This document shows positions 49,784 through 60,921 of a DNA stretch of 64,000 nucleotides, piece after piece. The DNA lies in assembly GCA_028868855.1 (NCBI GenBank), contig JAGWTR010000002.1, positions 388,030 through 452,029 of the forward strand, written 5' to 3'. The first letter of the stretch is position 1, and each line of letters opens with the position of its first letter. Under the pieces are notes generated by a model. It was not told the origin of the DNA, did not search any database, and saw only the letters and a list, made by a program, of their open reading frames with translations. The stretch is from Burkholderiales bacterium. GTDB lineage: Bacteria > Pseudomonadota > Gammaproteobacteria > Burkholderiales > Burkholderiaceae_C. The position numbers and the translations under genes are program-made.

Positions 49784-50896
49784 ATGCCCCGTACCCCACC
49801 TCCCTCGAAAATGTCAGCATCCATGATCAACCCGCGCCCCGATCAGGTCAGTTCTTCAGCGTTGAACGCCGAGGGCCTGGACGACGAAGACTGGAGCGGG
49901 GAGTCGCCCGATGTTTCGGAAGAAGTGACGCCCATGCCGAGCCGGGAAGGCATAGTTGCGCCAGCGCAGCATGGTCAGCGCCTGGACGCCTGGCTGGTGA
50001 GCCTGGCTTCGGAGTTTTCCCGCAACCACCTGAAGGGCCTGATTGAGGCGGGTTGCGTGCGGGTCGATGGCAAGGTGATCGACTCCCCCTCCCGCAAGGT
50101 CAGCAGCGGCCAGCGCGTGTGGGTGGAACTGCGTCCGACCGCCCAGAGCCAGGCTTTTGTGCCGGAGGCCATGGATCTGCCCATTGTTTTTGAAGATGAG
50201 CATCTGCTGGTCATCAACAAGCCGCCAGGTCTGGTGGTCCATCCTGCGGCAGGACACTGGAATGGCACTTTGATGAATGGCTTGCTGGCCCACCACGCTG
50301 GCGCCGTCAACCTGGCCAGGGCGGGCATCGTGCACCGGCTGGACAAGGACACCAGCGGTTTGATGGTGGTGGGCAAAACACTGGAGGCTGTCACAGCCTT
50401 GTCGCGAGCGATCGCCGATCGGGTGGTGACGCGTCAATACAAGGCCCTGGTGCATGGTGCGGTGCCCGAGGGGTTCACGATAGACGCCCCGATCGGACGC
50501 GATCCGGCGTCACGCGTGAAGATGGCGGTGGTGGCTTCTGGCAAGCCTGCGCGCACGGATGTGCGACGCCTGTGCGAGGCAGAGATCGAGGAAGCTGGTC
50601 CGAACGGCCCTGTCTGGCGCACCATCAGCGGGGTCGAGTGCACCTTGCACACCGGGCGCACCCATCAGATCCGTGTCCACCTCGCCAGCCGGCGCCATCC
50701 TTTGGTGGCAGATGCTGTGTATGCGGGTGCTCCAGCGCTGGACTTGACTCGGCAGGCGCTGCATGCCTTTCGTCTGGCGTTTGATCACCCCATCACGGGG
50801 CAGGCGCTGCAGTTTGATGCGCCGCTGCCCAAGGATCTGGCACAAGCGTGGGGACGTTTACAATTGGTCAACCAGTCGTCGCCAACTGGTGCATAA
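49784..50896 (+). CDS. rluD: 23S rRNA pseudouridine synthase RluD
   Basis: It has an S4 domain (GQRLDAWL...) and HRLDKDTSG. The N-terminal extension of about 55 aa leaves the start uncertain (49784, 49811 or 49823). Confidence 0.9.
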   Translation: MPRTPPPSKMSASMINPRPDQVSSSALNAEGLDDEDWSGESPDVSEEVTPMPSREGIVAPAQHGQRLDAWLVSLASEFSRNHLKGLIEAGCVRVDGKVIDSPSRKVSSGQRVWVELRPTAQSQAFVPEAMDLPIVFEDEHLLVINKPPGLVVHPAAGHWNGTLMNGLLAHHAGAVNLARAGIVHRLDKDTSGLMVVGKTLEAVTALSRAIADRVVTRQYKALVHGAVPEGFTIDAPIGRDPASRVKMAVVASGKPARTDVRRLCEAEIEEAGPNGPVWRTISGVECTLHTGRTHQIRVHLASRRHPLVADAVYAGAPALDLTRQALHAFRLAFDHPITGQALQFDAPLPKDLAQAWGRLQLVNQSSPTGA

Positions 50897-51193
50897 TGGC
50901 GTGAATAAATTCGGTGGTCCGAATGTTCTTCAGCGTGTGCTGATGGCGTTCAGCCTCTTGGAGAAGTCGCTTGATCTGGCGGCTTTGCCCCAAAATGCAG
51001 ATGTCCCCACAGAGGGGTGCAAGATCATTCCCAAGGCAAAACACGGTCGAACACGGCATTGCCCAGTCGACTGACCCGGAGTAATCCCGGCGTTGCCATG
51101 TCATTGGGTCCGTGCCATGTCGTCCGACAGCCAGGGCGCACGGCGTTTGAACCTCCACCTTGACTGGGTGGCGTGTGTTTACCGATTGAAGAG

Positions 51194-51931
51194 ATGGAAG
51201 TCCTCAATCCTCAGGACGCTCAACGCGTTCTAGAAGCGGCGCTTTTATGTGCCCATCAACCCATGACGGTGCGAGAAATGCGCGCTCTCTTTGACGACAC
51301 CTTGTCGGCCGATGGCGTTCGCGCCTTGTTGGCTGATATCTCCCAGCACTGGGATGGCCGTGGCGTCGAGTTGCGCGAATTGGCCTCTGGTTGGCGTTTT
51401 CAAACCAGCGTGGACGTGCAGGAATATCTGGACCGGCTGAACCCTGAAAAGCCGCCCAAGTACTCACGCGCCACCATGGAAACGCTGGCCATCATCGCGT
51501 ACAAGCAGCCCGTCACCCGCGGTGACATCGAAGACATTCGTGGCGTCACGGTCAGCACGCAAATGGTCAAACAACTGGAAGACCGCGGCTGGATTGAAGT
51601 CATCGGCCACCGGGATGCCCCAGGGCGCCCTGGCCTATATGCCACCACCAAACATTTTCTGGACGACATGGGCCTGGCCTCGCTGGATCAGCTCCCAACC
51701 CTGGATGGACTGCCGGGTCCGCAGGGTTTGCTGCCTGGCTTGGAAGGCGAGCCCGAATCGCCCGATCAGAATCCCGCAACACTGCCGCAAGGCGATGAAC
51801 TCGCTCAGGGCACGTTGCTGAAGGCTCAGGCTGAGTTGATCGACGGCGTCGAGCCCTCGCTGGGTGTCGCCCAAGTCGCCCAAGTTCCTGTCGAATCCAT
51901 TGTCGACCCTGAATTTCCCCCCGCTCCATGA
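51194..51931 (+). CDS. scpB: SMC-Scp complex subunit ScpB
   Basis: Carries [17 protein letters not shown]...[23 protein letters not shown]...[17 protein letters not shown] 51194 is preferred; GTG 51173 is possible. Confidence 0.85.
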   Translation: MEVLNPQDAQRVLEAALLCAHQPMTVREMRALFDDTLSADGVRALLADISQHWDGRGVELRELASGWRFQTSVDVQEYLDRLNPEKPPKYSRATMETLAIIAYKQPVTRGDIEDIRGVTVSTQMVKQLEDRGWIEVIGHRDAPGRPGLYATTKHFLDDMGLASLDQLPTLDGLPGPQGLLPGLEGEPESPDQNPATLPQGDELAQGTLLKAQAELIDGVEPSLGVAQVAQVPVESIVDPEFPPAP

Positions 51932-54030
51932 CCTCAGATACCGCGCCTATGCAAGACCCCAAAGAACAGTCTCCCGACCTGGATGCGTCCGGGCCTGTCA
52001 CGCCGGACGCCACGTCCGCCGCCGAAAATGCGCCCAAGCCCAAGCGGGCTCGACGCACCAAGGCGGCTGAGGTTGAGGTCATTGCTGAGGTCGCACCTGA
52101 GGTGGTTGCCGAGGGAGAGCCCGTCAAGCGGGCACCGCGGCGCCGCAAGACTGTCGAGGTCGCCGAGCCTTCGGATGGAGCTTTGGCGGCTGGGGGCGAA
52201 ACGTCCCTGGCGGTGGACGCGGAAAGCAAGCCCAAGCGCGCTCCGCGAAAAAAAGCGGTGGTTGACGATGTTGTCCAAACATCCGCGCCCCAATTCGACC
52301 AGGCCCCTCTGGTGCGTGAGCGCGCTGGCGATGGCTTCTTGCAGCTGGGCCCTGAAATTGATGCGCCGGTGATCCAGCCGGAGGCGGTTGAGGTCGTGCA
52401 GGGCGAGCGCGAAACCGCCGCCAGTTTTGACGGGCAAGGCGATCGTGGTCGTCGCGATCGCGGGCCTCGTGGTCAGCGCGGCGATCGACCACGTCGTCCG
52501 GAAGCATCAGGCCAGCCGGTCCAGGGGCAACAGATCGGCGGCGAATCGACAGAACAAGAAGGAGAGCAGTCGCCGTCGCGTCGCGTGACGTTGGCTGCCG
52601 AACAGGCCAACGAGGTGTTTGCTGAGTTGGTGTCTGGCGACTTCGACGCTACCCGGGAAGAGTCGAGCGAAGACGGTGGCGAGGGTGCTGAGGAAGGGTC
52701 TCAAAAGCGCGTTCTTCGTCCTGAGCCGGACGCGCCCAAGCTGCAAAAGGTCCTGGCTCAGTCGGGCGTCGGTTCTCGCCGCGATATCGAGCAGATGATT
52801 GAAAGCGGCAGCATCACCGTCAATGGCGAGGTCGCTCATATTGGTCAGCGCGTCTCCTATGGCGACCAGGTCAAGGTGGCCGGCAAGCCCATCCGCATCC
52901 GCATTGCACCGCAGCCCGCGCGTATCCTGGCCTATCACAAGCCCGTCGGTGAAGTCGTCACGCACGACGATCCGCAAGGTCGTCCGACGGTGTTTCGTCG
53001 TCTGCCGCGTTTGCAAAATGGCAAATGGATGTCGGTGGGACGCCTGGACTTGAACACCGAGGGCCTCCTGTTGTTCACCACGTCGGGGGAGTTGGCTAAT
53101 CAGCTCATGCACCCCCGGTTTGGCGTTGAGCGCGAATACGCCGTGCGTGTGCTGGGCACGCTGCCCGACTCAGCCAAGGCGAAGTTGATCGAGGGCGTCA
53201 ACATCGAAGGTCAGATGGCCTCGTTCAAGTCCATCGAAAACGGCGGTGGCGAGGGCGTGAATCACTGGTACCGCGTCGTCATCACCGAAGGTCGTAACCG
53301 TGAGGTTCGCAAGCTGTTTGAAACCGTGGGTCTGGCCGTCAGTCGGCTGATTCGCGTGCGCTATGGCGCCATCGTGCTGCCTCGCGGACTCAAGCGTGGC
53401 GTCTGGGTTGAGTTGGGTGAATCCGACGTGCGTGCCGTCAAGTCACTGGCTGGTTTTGATCGCCCCGAGAATTTGCAGACGGGTGGTCGCGACGGCCGCT
53501 CTCAAGGGCAGGGTCAGCGCTCACAAGGACAGGGCCAACAAAACCAAGGCGGCTTCAAAGGCAAGCAAAACGGGCCAAATCAACGCGGCCAAGGCCAAGG
53601 CCAAGGGCAGGGCGCATCAGGTGGTCGCAATCAGAACCGCCGTGGCCCTGGTGCTGATCGGGGTGATCGTCCGCAGGGTGCCTATCAGCAGGAAACGCAA
53701 AACAGTGCACCGCAGGGCGATCACGATGATGATTTCGATCACATCGGTCCAATTCCGAACCCGCTGGAGCAAACCTTCGACAAGCGCTTTGCCAAAGGCT
53801 CCAAGCGAATCAGTCAGGGCTTTGGCCGGCCTGACCATAACGCTGGCCGCAGCAGCGAGCCCAAAGGCGGCCCGCGCCAACCCGATCCTATGCAGACCTC
53901 GGTCGGCTACATCGGTGCCGATGCCTACTTCACCAAGGTGGGCGGGCGTTCAGGGCGTGGTGGCGGTGGTGGTGGCCAGCAAGGCGGCGGCGGTGGTGGT
54001 CAGCGCGGCGGCGGTCGCGGACGCCGCTGA
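51928..54030 (+). CDS. rluB: 23S rRNA pseudouridine synthase RluB with long low-complexity N- and C-terminal extensions
   Basis: 700 aa. It has an S4 domain ([21 protein letters not shown]) and the RsuA/RluB catalytic motif [18 protein letters not shown] overlap with scpB. Confidence 0.85.
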   Translation: MTSDTAPMQDPKEQSPDLDASGPVTPDATSAAENAPKPKRARRTKAAEVEVIAEVAPEVVAEGEPVKRAPRRRKTVEVAEPSDGALAAGGETSLAVDAESKPKRAPRKKAVVDDVVQTSAPQFDQAPLVRERAGDGFLQLGPEIDAPVIQPEAVEVVQGERETAASFDGQGDRGRRDRGPRGQRGDRPRRPEASGQPVQGQQIGGESTEQEGEQSPSRRVTLAAEQANEVFAELVSGDFDATREESSEDGGEGAEEGSQKRVLRPEPDAPKLQKVLAQSGVGSRRDIEQMIESGSITVNGEVAHIGQRVSYGDQVKVAGKPIRIRIAPQPARILAYHKPVGEVVTHDDPQGRPTVFRRLPRLQNGKWMSVGRLDLNTEGLLLFTTSGELANQLMHPRFGVEREYAVRVLGTLPDSAKAKLIEGVNIEGQMASFKSIENGGGEGVNHWYRVVITEGRNREVRKLFETVGLAVSRLIRVRYGAIVLPRGLKRGVWVELGESDVRAVKSLAGFDRPENLQTGGRDGRSQGQGQRSQGQGQQNQGGFKGKQNGPNQRGQGQGQGQGASGGRNQNRRGPGADRGDRPQGAYQQETQNSAPQGDHDDDFDHIGPIPNPLEQTFDKRFAKGSKRISQGFGRPDHNAGRSSEPKGGPRQPDPMQTSVGYIGADAYFTKVGGRSGRGGGGGGQQGGGGGGQRGGGRGRR
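53480..54027 (+). repeat. short tandem codon repeats (GQ / GG / RGG) in the rluB 3' region
   Basis: The DNA repeat ggccaaggccaaggccaaggg lies near 53589..53610. Peptides include [26 protein letters not shown] and [23 protein letters not shown]. Confidence 0.6.
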
Positions 54031-54048
54031 TCCAAGTCAATCAAACAT

Positions 54049-54072
54049 CCCGGCGATACAATGCCGGGTTTT
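54049..54072 (+). terminator. rho-independent terminator after rluB
   Basis: cccggc (54049..54054) pairs with gccggg (54063..54068), followed by TTTT. The loop gatacaat could double as a -10 element for ndk. Confidence 0.6.
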
Positions 54073-54100
54073 GTCTAATACCTTTTCGGAGAAAATTTAA

Positions 54101-54526
54101 ATGGCTATCGAACGCACCTTGTCCATCATCAAACCTGACGCCGTCGCCAAGAACGTGATCGGTCAAATCGTGGCTCGCTTTGAAGGCGCTGGCCTGAAGA
54201 TCGCTGCTGCCAAGTTGGTGCAACTGTCGCGTCAAGAAGCGGAAACCTTCTATGGCGTGCACAAGGAGCGTGGCTTCTTTAAGGATCTGGTTGACTTCAT
54301 GGTCTCTGGTCCTGTGTTCGTACAAGTGCTCGAAGGCGAAAACGCCATCGCTACCAACCGCGACTTGATGGGCGCCACCGACCCCAAGAAGGCAGCTCCT
54401 GGCACCATCCGCGCTGACTTCGCTGACAGCATCGACGCCAACGCCGTGCACGGCTCGGATGCCGCTGTAACCGCTGCCGCTGAAATCGCTTTCTTCTTCC
54501 CCGGTCTGAACGTTTACAGCCGCTAA
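54101..54526 (+). CDS. ndk: nucleoside diphosphate kinase
   Basis: 141 aa beginning [15 protein letters not shown], with the NAVHGSD active-site His. Confidence 0.95.
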   Translation: MAIERTLSIIKPDAVAKNVIGQIVARFEGAGLKIAAAKLVQLSRQEAETFYGVHKERGFFKDLVDFMVSGPVFVQVLEGENAIATNRDLMGATDPKKAAPGTIRADFADSIDANAVHGSDAAVTAAAEIAFFFPGLNVYSR

Positions 54527-54546
54527 GCTGCTGCTGTTGTTGTCCC

Positions 54547-55686
54547 ATGAGCGCTGCCAACCTTCTTGATTTTGACCTGGATGGCTTGGCCGCGTTCTGT
54601 GAGCAACTGGGTGAAAAGCGCTTTCGTGCCACCCAGTTGTTTCGCTGGATTCATCAAAGAGGCGCCACCGATTTCACTCAGATGTCGGATTTGGCCAAGT
54701 CCCTACGCAGCAAGCTGCAGAGCGTTGCCACCATCCAGCCTTTGTCGATCATCAGTGAGCACGTCTCTGCGGATGGCACCATCAAATGGTTGTTTGATGT
54801 TGGTGCAGGCAATGCGGTCGAGAGTGTTTACATCCCCGAAGATGATCGAGCCACCCTGTGCATCTCGTCTCAAGCCGGTTGTGCGGTGGGGTGTCGCTTC
54901 TGTTCGACGGGCCATCAAGGCTTTAGCCGTAACCTGACGACGGGCGAAATCGTGGCGCAGCTCTGGCATGCCGAGCATTCGCTGCGCAAACGCCTGGGGC
55001 GCACCGATCGCATCGTCAGCAACGTCGTCATGATGGGAATGGGCGAGCCGCTGCAAAATTATTCGGCCCTGGTGCCTGCCTTGCGCATCATGCTGGACGA
55101 CCACGGTTATGGTCTGTCGCGTCGGCGCGTCACGGTGTCCACTTCGGGTGTGGTGCCGATGATCGAACGCCTCAAAAATGATTGCCCCGTGGCTTTGGCC
55201 GTGTCACTGCATGCGCCCAACGATGCTTTGCGCGACGAACTTGTCCCGCTGAACCGCAAATATCCCATCGATGAACTGCTGCGTGCCTGCTCTGATTACC
55301 TGACAGCGGCGCCGCGTGACTTCATCACCTTTGAGTACTGCATGCTTGATGGCGTCAACGACACTGACGAGCATGCCCGGCAATTGATTGCGCTGGTGCG
55401 TAACCGCATCTCGTGCAAATTCAACCTGATTCCTTTCAACCCTTTTCCACAATCAGGCCTGCGTCGCTCCAACATGGATCGGGTGCATGCTTTTGCCGGG
55501 ATTTTGTTGGATGCGGGCATTGTTACTACGGTGCGCAAGACCCGCGGTGACGATATTGATGCCGCCTGTGGTCAACTGGCGGGGGAGGTGCAAGACCGCA
55601 CCAATGCCCGAGACCGGATGACCAGGCAGCCCATCCCTGTGACCTGGGTTGCGGGAGCTGCCCGTTCCACCCCACCATCGAATTGA
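54547..55686 (+). CDS. rlmN: 23S rRNA/tRNA (adenine-C2)-methyltransferase RlmN
   Basis: 379 aa radical-SAM enzyme with CAVGCRFC (CxxxCxxC). Confidence 0.95.
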   Translation: MSAANLLDFDLDGLAAFCEQLGEKRFRATQLFRWIHQRGATDFTQMSDLAKSLRSKLQSVATIQPLSIISEHVSADGTIKWLFDVGAGNAVESVYIPEDDRATLCISSQAGCAVGCRFCSTGHQGFSRNLTTGEIVAQLWHAEHSLRKRLGRTDRIVSNVVMMGMGEPLQNYSALVPALRIMLDDHGYGLSRRRVTVSTSGVVPMIERLKNDCPVALAVSLHAPNDALRDELVPLNRKYPIDELLRACSDYLTAAPRDFITFEYCMLDGVNDTDEHARQLIALVRNRISCKFNLIPFNPFPQSGLRRSNMDRVHAFAGILLDAGIVTTVRKTRGDDIDAACGQLAGEVQDRTNARDRMTRQPIPVTWVAGAARSTPPSN

Positions 55687-55724
55687 GCGCTGTTGGCCAG
55701 TCCCCGGCGCGAGGAGACCGACGC

Positions 55725-56573
55725 ATGACCATCTTCCGTACCGTGCAGGCATTCATGGGCGCTTTGCTGGCCCTGAGTTTGGGCTTGCTGGCTGGCTGTG
55801 CGAGCCCTGGTGTCGGACCTGCCGGTGTCGCCAACACCAACCAGCCGACCGCCACGGCGCCAGAACGTGAGATCACGACGGCCTCGGACGAAACTGATGT
55901 GAGTAAACGTGCTCGCATCCGGATTGAACTGGCGTCGGCCTATTTCGCCCAAGGGCAATTGACCACCGCACTGGATGAAGTCAAACGTGCGCTGGCCATT
56001 GATAACAACATTTCCGAGGCCTACGAATTGCGCGGCCTCATCTATGACGCGCTCGGCGAGCCTGGTCTGAGCGAGGAGAGCTTCAAGCGGGCCATTCAAC
56101 TGGACGCTCGCAACGGCAGCGCACTGCATAACTACGCATGGTCGTTGTGCAACAAGCAACAGTATCCGGCGGCAGATGCCTTGTTTGAGCGTGCGGCTGA
56201 GTTGCCACAGAGCGTCATTGTCAGCAAGACTTTGTTGGCTAGGGGGGTGTGTCAAATTCGGGCCGGACTGCTGCCTGCGGCTGAACAATCCCTGATCCGT
56301 TCCTATGAACTGGACCCCAGCAGCCCGGCCACTGCCTATAACCTGGCGCTTGTGCTGTATCGCCGTGGTGAATACGAGCGTTCGCGGTTTTATATTCGTC
56401 GCGTCAACAATGTCCCCGAGCAGATCACCGCCGAATCGATCTGGCTAGGCATCCGAGTCGAGAATCGCATGAACAACATCAGCGGGCGTGATGAGCTGGC
56501 GACAATGCTGCGCAGCCGTTTCCCGAATTCGCGCGAAGCCACGGCCCTTGAGTTAGGACGTTTTGATGACTGA
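55725..56573 (+). CDS. pilW: TPR lipoprotein, type IV pilus biogenesis/stability protein PilW-like
   Basis: ATG 55725 follows GAGGAG. It has the lipobox LLAGC and TPR repeats. Confidence 0.7.
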   Translation: MTIFRTVQAFMGALLALSLGLLAGCASPGVGPAGVANTNQPTATAPEREITTASDETDVSKRARIRIELASAYFAQGQLTTALDEVKRALAIDNNISEAYELRGLIYDALGEPGLSEESFKRAIQLDARNGSALHNYAWSLCNKQQYPAADALFERAAELPQSVIVSKTLLARGVCQIRAGLLPAAEQSLIRSYELDPSSPATAYNLALVLYRRGEYERSRFYIRRVNNVPEQITAESIWLGIRVENRMNNISGRDELATMLRSRFPNSREATALELGRFDD

Positions 56574-57522
56574 ACCCATGTCCTCCCCCGGAGAACTGTT
56601 GCGCCAGGCGCGTGAGGCGCAAGGACTGGATATTGACACCCTGGCTGCCATGATCAAGGTCACGCCCTCCAAGCTGGAGGCGCTTGAGTCGGGGCGTTAT
56701 GAACACCTGCCTGATGCGAATTTCACCCGTGCCCTGGCCATGTCGGTTTGTCGATTTCTCAAGATTGACGGGACGGCGGTGCTGGCCGGTTTGCCTGCGG
56801 CCAAAACCATTCCTTTGTCACCTAACAAGCCTGAACTGAACCAGCCGTTTAAGGAGTCACGTGGCGTCAATTTGTCGTTTGACTCAGGCAGTTCTCTGGA
56901 TTTGAAGGACTTGTTGCGACCTCAATGGCTGGCGCCGATTCTATTGCTGGTGGCGTCGGTGGTGGTTTATTTCCTGCCCGAATCCATTCATTGGCCCCAA
57001 TGGGCGCACCGGCCGTTGGCCGACACAACGGCGACTGTGCCAGCCGTCAGCGCATCGCCTCCGGATGAGGCAGCGTCAAGTGCGGCGGAGCCTTCAGATC
57101 CGTCGGCATCCGCTCCGATTGAATCAGCCAGTGAGCCGGAGGCGGCGTCATCAGACCCACAAGCGGTATTGGTGCCGGAGGGCATTTCTGCACAGGTTGC
57201 TGCCCCGGCGTCCATGGCCGTTGATAGTGCGCCCATCGGTTTGACCTCGGCGTCATCGGCTGCATCGGCATCGCCTGCGTCCTCTGGCAATACCTTGGTG
57301 TTGCTCAGCCGGGACCCCAGTTGGGTGGAGGTTCGAGATGCGAAGGGTAACAAGCTGTTGGCCCGGAACCTCGATGCGGGAGAAACTGTGAAGCTGGATG
57401 GCGATCGTCCGTTCAAAGTTGTCCTTGGCAATGCCCCATCCATGCAGATCACTTACCAGGGCAAAGCCGTTGATCTGGCCTCCTATACGCGCAACAATGT
57501 TGCACGATTTGAACTGAAATGA
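56566..57522 (+). CDS. rodZ: RodZ-like cytoskeleton protein (HTH plus DUF4115)
   Basis: It has an N-terminal XRE-type HTH ([24 protein letters not shown]), a TM helix, a Ser/Ala/Pro linker, and a C-terminal DUF4115-like domain ([19 protein letters not shown]...). Confidence 0.8.
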   Translation: MTEPMSSPGELLRQAREAQGLDIDTLAAMIKVTPSKLEALESGRYEHLPDANFTRALAMSVCRFLKIDGTAVLAGLPAAKTIPLSPNKPELNQPFKESRGVNLSFDSGSSLDLKDLLRPQWLAPILLLVASVVVYFLPESIHWPQWAHRPLADTTATVPAVSASPPDEAASSAAEPSDPSASAPIESASEPEAASSDPQAVLVPEGISAQVAAPASMAVDSAPIGLTSASSAASASPASSGNTLVLLSRDPSWVEVRDAKGNKLLARNLDAGETVKLDGDRPFKVVLGNAPSMQITYQGKAVDLASYTRNNVARFELK

Positions 57523-58796
57523 ACGACGTCTTTTCTAAGCCAGCTCCGATCGACGTTGCACGTCCTGGCGCACGTCGCTCGCGACAGGCCCGGGTGAAAT
57601 GGGGCGATCGCATTGTGGTCATCGGTGGTGATGCGCCGGTGTGCGTGCAGTCTATGACCAACACCGACACGGTCGACGTCATTGGCACCGCCATTCAGGT
57701 CAAAGAGTTGGCCATCGCGGGGTCGGAGTTGGTGCGCATCACCGTCAACACACCCGAGGCGGCGCTGGCTGTGCCGCACGTCCGCGAGCAGTTGGACCGC
57801 ATGGGCATTGATGTGCCCCTCGTTGGCGACTTCCATTACAACGGCCATCGCCTGCTGACCGAGTTTCCGGACTGCGCCAAGGCCTTGTCCAAGTACCGCA
57901 TCAACCCTGGCAATGTCGGCAAAGGCGACAAGAAAGACCGCCAGTTTGCCCAGATGATTGAGGCGGCGCTCAAATACGACAAGGTCGTGCGTATCGGCGT
58001 CAACTGGGGCAGCCTGGATCAGGACCTGATGGCCGCGCTGATGGACGACAACGGGCGCCGCGCACAGCCCTGGAGCACCCAACAGGTGATGTACCAGGCG
58101 CTGATCAACTCCGCCTTGGAGTCGGCCGATCTCGCGTGCGAATTGGGTATGGCTCCCGAACAGATTATTCTGTCTTGCAAGGTCAGCGGCGTGCAAGACC
58201 TCATCAGCGTCTATCGTGGTCTGGCGCAGCGCTGCGACTATCCCTTGCACCTTGGCCTGACCGAAGCCGGCATGGGCACCAAGGGTACGGTGGCCTCCGC
58301 CGCAGCGCTGGCGGTCTTGTTGCAAGAGGGCATCGGCGACACCATCCGGGTCTCGCTTACCCCGCAGCCTGGGGAGGCGCGCACCCAGGAAGTGGTGGTA
58401 GCGCTCGAAATATTGCAGGCCCTGGGCCTGCGCACCTTCGTGCCCAGCGTGACCGCCTGTCCTGGCTGTGGCCGCACTACCAGTTCGGTCTTTCAGGAAC
58501 TGGCCAAGCAGATCGATGACTACCTGCGCGCCCAAATGCCCGTGTGGCGAGTGCAATACCCTGGCGTCGAAACACTCAGGGTGGCCGTCATGGGCTGCAT
58601 CGTCAATGGGCCGGGCGAAAGCAAGCACGCCGACATCGGCATAAGTCTCCCGGGGACGGGAGAAGCGCCCGCCGCGCCCGTGTTCATTGATGGCGAGAAA
58701 GCCCTGACCCTTCGCGGCGAGAACATCGCGCAAGAGTTTCAGCAACTCGTCCAAGACTACATTGCCCGTCGTTTCGGCTCGACTGAAGCGGTCTGA
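57519..58796 (+). CDS. ispG: 4-hydroxy-3-methylbut-2-enyl diphosphate synthase
   Basis: 425 aa with ACPGCGRT and a later Cys (GCIVNGPGE) as cluster ligands. Confidence 0.95.
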   Translation: MNDVFSKPAPIDVARPGARRSRQARVKWGDRIVVIGGDAPVCVQSMTNTDTVDVIGTAIQVKELAIAGSELVRITVNTPEAALAVPHVREQLDRMGIDVPLVGDFHYNGHRLLTEFPDCAKALSKYRINPGNVGKGDKKDRQFAQMIEAALKYDKVVRIGVNWGSLDQDLMAALMDDNGRRAQPWSTQQVMYQALINSALESADLACELGMAPEQIILSCKVSGVQDLISVYRGLAQRCDYPLHLGLTEAGMGTKGTVASAAALAVLLQEGIGDTIRVSLTPQPGEARTQEVVVALEILQALGLRTFVPSVTACPGCGRTTSSVFQELAKQIDDYLRAQMPVWRVQYPGVETLRVAVMGCIVNGPGESKHADIGISLPGTGEAPAAPVFIDGEKALTLRGENIAQEFQQLVQDYIARRFGSTEAV

Positions 58797-58852
58797 TTTC
58801 CATCCTTCAATCGCCAACCCAGCAGGGTCGGGCGTTTAGATACTTCTCTTCC

Positions 58853-60148
58853 ATGGCCGCAACACCACTACAAGCCATCAAAGGCATGAACGACATCCTG
58901 CCGCCAGACTCGGCGCGCTGGGAGTGGTTCGAACACATCGTTCGCACGCTGATGCGCCGCTACGGCTATCAAAACATCCGCACCCCCATCGTCGAGCCCA
59001 CGGCCTTGTTCGTGCGCGGCCTGGGCGAAGTCACCGACATCGTCGAAAAGGAGATGTACTCCTTTGCCGACAGCCTCAATGGCGACCTTCTCACGCTGCG
59101 TCCTGAAGGAACCGCCGGCGTGGTGCGCGCGGTTAACGAACATAGTTTCCTATACGAAGGCGGTAAGCGACTGTTCTACATCGGCCCCATGTTCCGCCAT
59201 GAGCGGCCGCAAAAGGGGCGCTACCGCCAGTTTCACCAGGTGGGCGCCGAAGTGCTGGGTTTTGCAGGCCCCGATGTCGACGCCGAACTGATCCTGATGA
59301 CGGTGGCCTTGTGGCGGGACCTGGGCCTCAACGTCGGCACCGACGTTCGTCTCGAACTCAACAGTCTGGGACAGCCCGATGAGCGGCGTGCGCACCGGGA
59401 GGCCCTGATCAAGCACCTGGAGAGCCACGCGGACCAACTCGATGAGGAGGCTCGCCGCCGCCTGCACAGCAATCCATTGCGCATTCTGGACACCAAGAAC
59501 GCGGCCATGCAGCCCATCGTGGAAGCTGCCCCGCAACTTATCGACTTCCTGGGCGAGTCATCGCTGGCGCATTTCGATGCGGTCAAGCGTGTGTTGGACG
59601 CCGTTGGCGTCAATTACCGCGTCAATCCACGCTTGGTACGCGGCATGGACTACTACAACCTCACTGTGTTTGAGTGGGTGACCGACCGCCTAGGCGCCCA
59701 AGGCACCGTGTGCGGTGGTGGTCGCTTTGACGGGTTGATCGAACAACTCGGCGGCAAGCCAGCTCCCGGCGTGGGCTGGGGTCTGGGCATTGAGCGCTTG
59801 CTGTTGCTCCTTCAGGAGTTGGGCATTGAGCCCCCCCCTTCGGCGCCCGATGCCTTTGCCGTGGTGTTGGCTGGAACGCCGCTGCCCCTGGTAATGAGCA
59901 CCATTGAATCCCTGCGCGATCGGGGAGTTCATGTGCTGCTCAACCCGGTCGGCCAAGCTGGTCCAGCCAGTCCTAAATCACAATTCAAGAAGGCCGATGC
60001 CAGTGGCGCCCGCTTTGCATTGGTTTTCGGGCCGGATGAAGTGGCCCTAGGTCAGGTCTCCGTCAAACCCCTTCGCGACGGTGGTGAGCAAGTCACTCGC
60101 CCCGTGGCGCAGGCCGGGGAATGGGCGGCGTCGCTTCGCCAGTCATAA
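58853..60148 (+). CDS. hisS: histidine-tRNA ligase
   Basis: 431 aa with the class II motif [16 protein letters not shown] and GGGRFDGL. Confidence 0.95.
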   Translation: MAATPLQAIKGMNDILPPDSARWEWFEHIVRTLMRRYGYQNIRTPIVEPTALFVRGLGEVTDIVEKEMYSFADSLNGDLLTLRPEGTAGVVRAVNEHSFLYEGGKRLFYIGPMFRHERPQKGRYRQFHQVGAEVLGFAGPDVDAELILMTVALWRDLGLNVGTDVRLELNSLGQPDERRAHREALIKHLESHADQLDEEARRRLHSNPLRILDTKNAAMQPIVEAAPQLIDFLGESSLAHFDAVKRVLDAVGVNYRVNPRLVRGMDYYNLTVFEWVTDRLGAQGTVCGGGRFDGLIEQLGGKPAPGVGWGLGIERLLLLLQELGIEPPPSAPDAFAVVLAGTPLPLVMSTIESLRDRGVHVLLNPVGQAGPASPKSQFKKADASGARFALVFGPDEVALGQVSVKPLRDGGEQVTRPVAQAGEWAASLRQS

Positions 60149-60177
60149 TCCACGGCTTCCACACCTAAAAAATCGTC

Positions 60178-60882
60178 ATGGCCACTTACGATCTTGAACA
60201 ACAAGAACAGCTTGATCAGGTCAAGCATTTCTGGAAAAAGTACGGCAACTTGATCACCTGGGTGCTAATCCTCGTGCTCGGTGCTTACGCCGCCTGGACG
60301 GGCTATCAGTACTGGCAGCAAAAGCGTTCGGAAGGCGCTGGCGGTCTTTATGAAGAGCTTGACCGCGCTGCCGGCGCTGGCGATATCGACAAAACGGCCA
60401 AGGCTTTTGCGGACCTCAAAGAGAACTACGCAGGCACCACTTTCACTGAGCAGGGTGCGCTGCTGGCCGCCAAGGTCGAGGCCAGTCGCGAGAAGCTTGA
60501 TCAGGCCCGCGCCACGTTGCAATGGCTCGTTGAAAATGGCAAGAGCAAGGATCTGGTGGCCATTGCCCGTTTGCGCTTGGCGGGCCTGATGATGGATGCC
60601 AAACAGTTTGATCAGGCATCGAAACTGCTGGACGAGAGCATGCCGGAGGCCTATGCACCTTTGGTGGCTGACCGTCGTGGTGACATTCTGTCTGCGCAGG
60701 GTAAGAAGGACGATGCCATCAAGGCTTATCAAGCTGCCTGGAAGGGCTTGCCGACCGACGTCGAATATCGCCGCTTTGTTGAAGGCAAGCTAACCGCTCT
60801 GGGTCAGCCCCCGCAGCCGGCCAAGCCTGCAGGTGCCGTCGTGCCGTCGGGCATGCCCGCTGGCTTGGCGCCGAACAACTAA
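60178..60882 (+). CDS. YfgM-like membrane-anchored TPR protein
   Basis: 234 aa with an N-terminal TM helix (LITWVLILVLGAYAAWTGY) and a TPR-like periplasmic part. Position hisS-yfgM-bamB fits. Confidence 0.75.
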   Translation: MATYDLEQQEQLDQVKHFWKKYGNLITWVLILVLGAYAAWTGYQYWQQKRSEGAGGLYEELDRAAGAGDIDKTAKAFADLKENYAGTTFTEQGALLAAKVEASREKLDQARATLQWLVENGKSKDLVAIARLRLAGLMMDAKQFDQASKLLDESMPEAYAPLVADRRGDILSAQGKKDDAIKAYQAAWKGLPTDVEYRRFVEGKLTALGQPPQPAKPAGAVVPSGMPAGLAPNN

Positions 60883-60921
60883 TTTCCCATTGAGCATCCG
60901 TCCATGGACCTTCTGTCGACC

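Noticed and set aside
53480-54027. Short tandem repeats (ggccaa units, GGn runs) that superficially resemble a repeat array; the same applies to 24840..25560 in rne.
   Set aside because: The units are 6-18 nt, in frame and inside long ORFs with clear catalytic domains. They have no spacer-repeat periodicity of 25-40 nt, so these are coding low-complexity repeats, not CRISPR.
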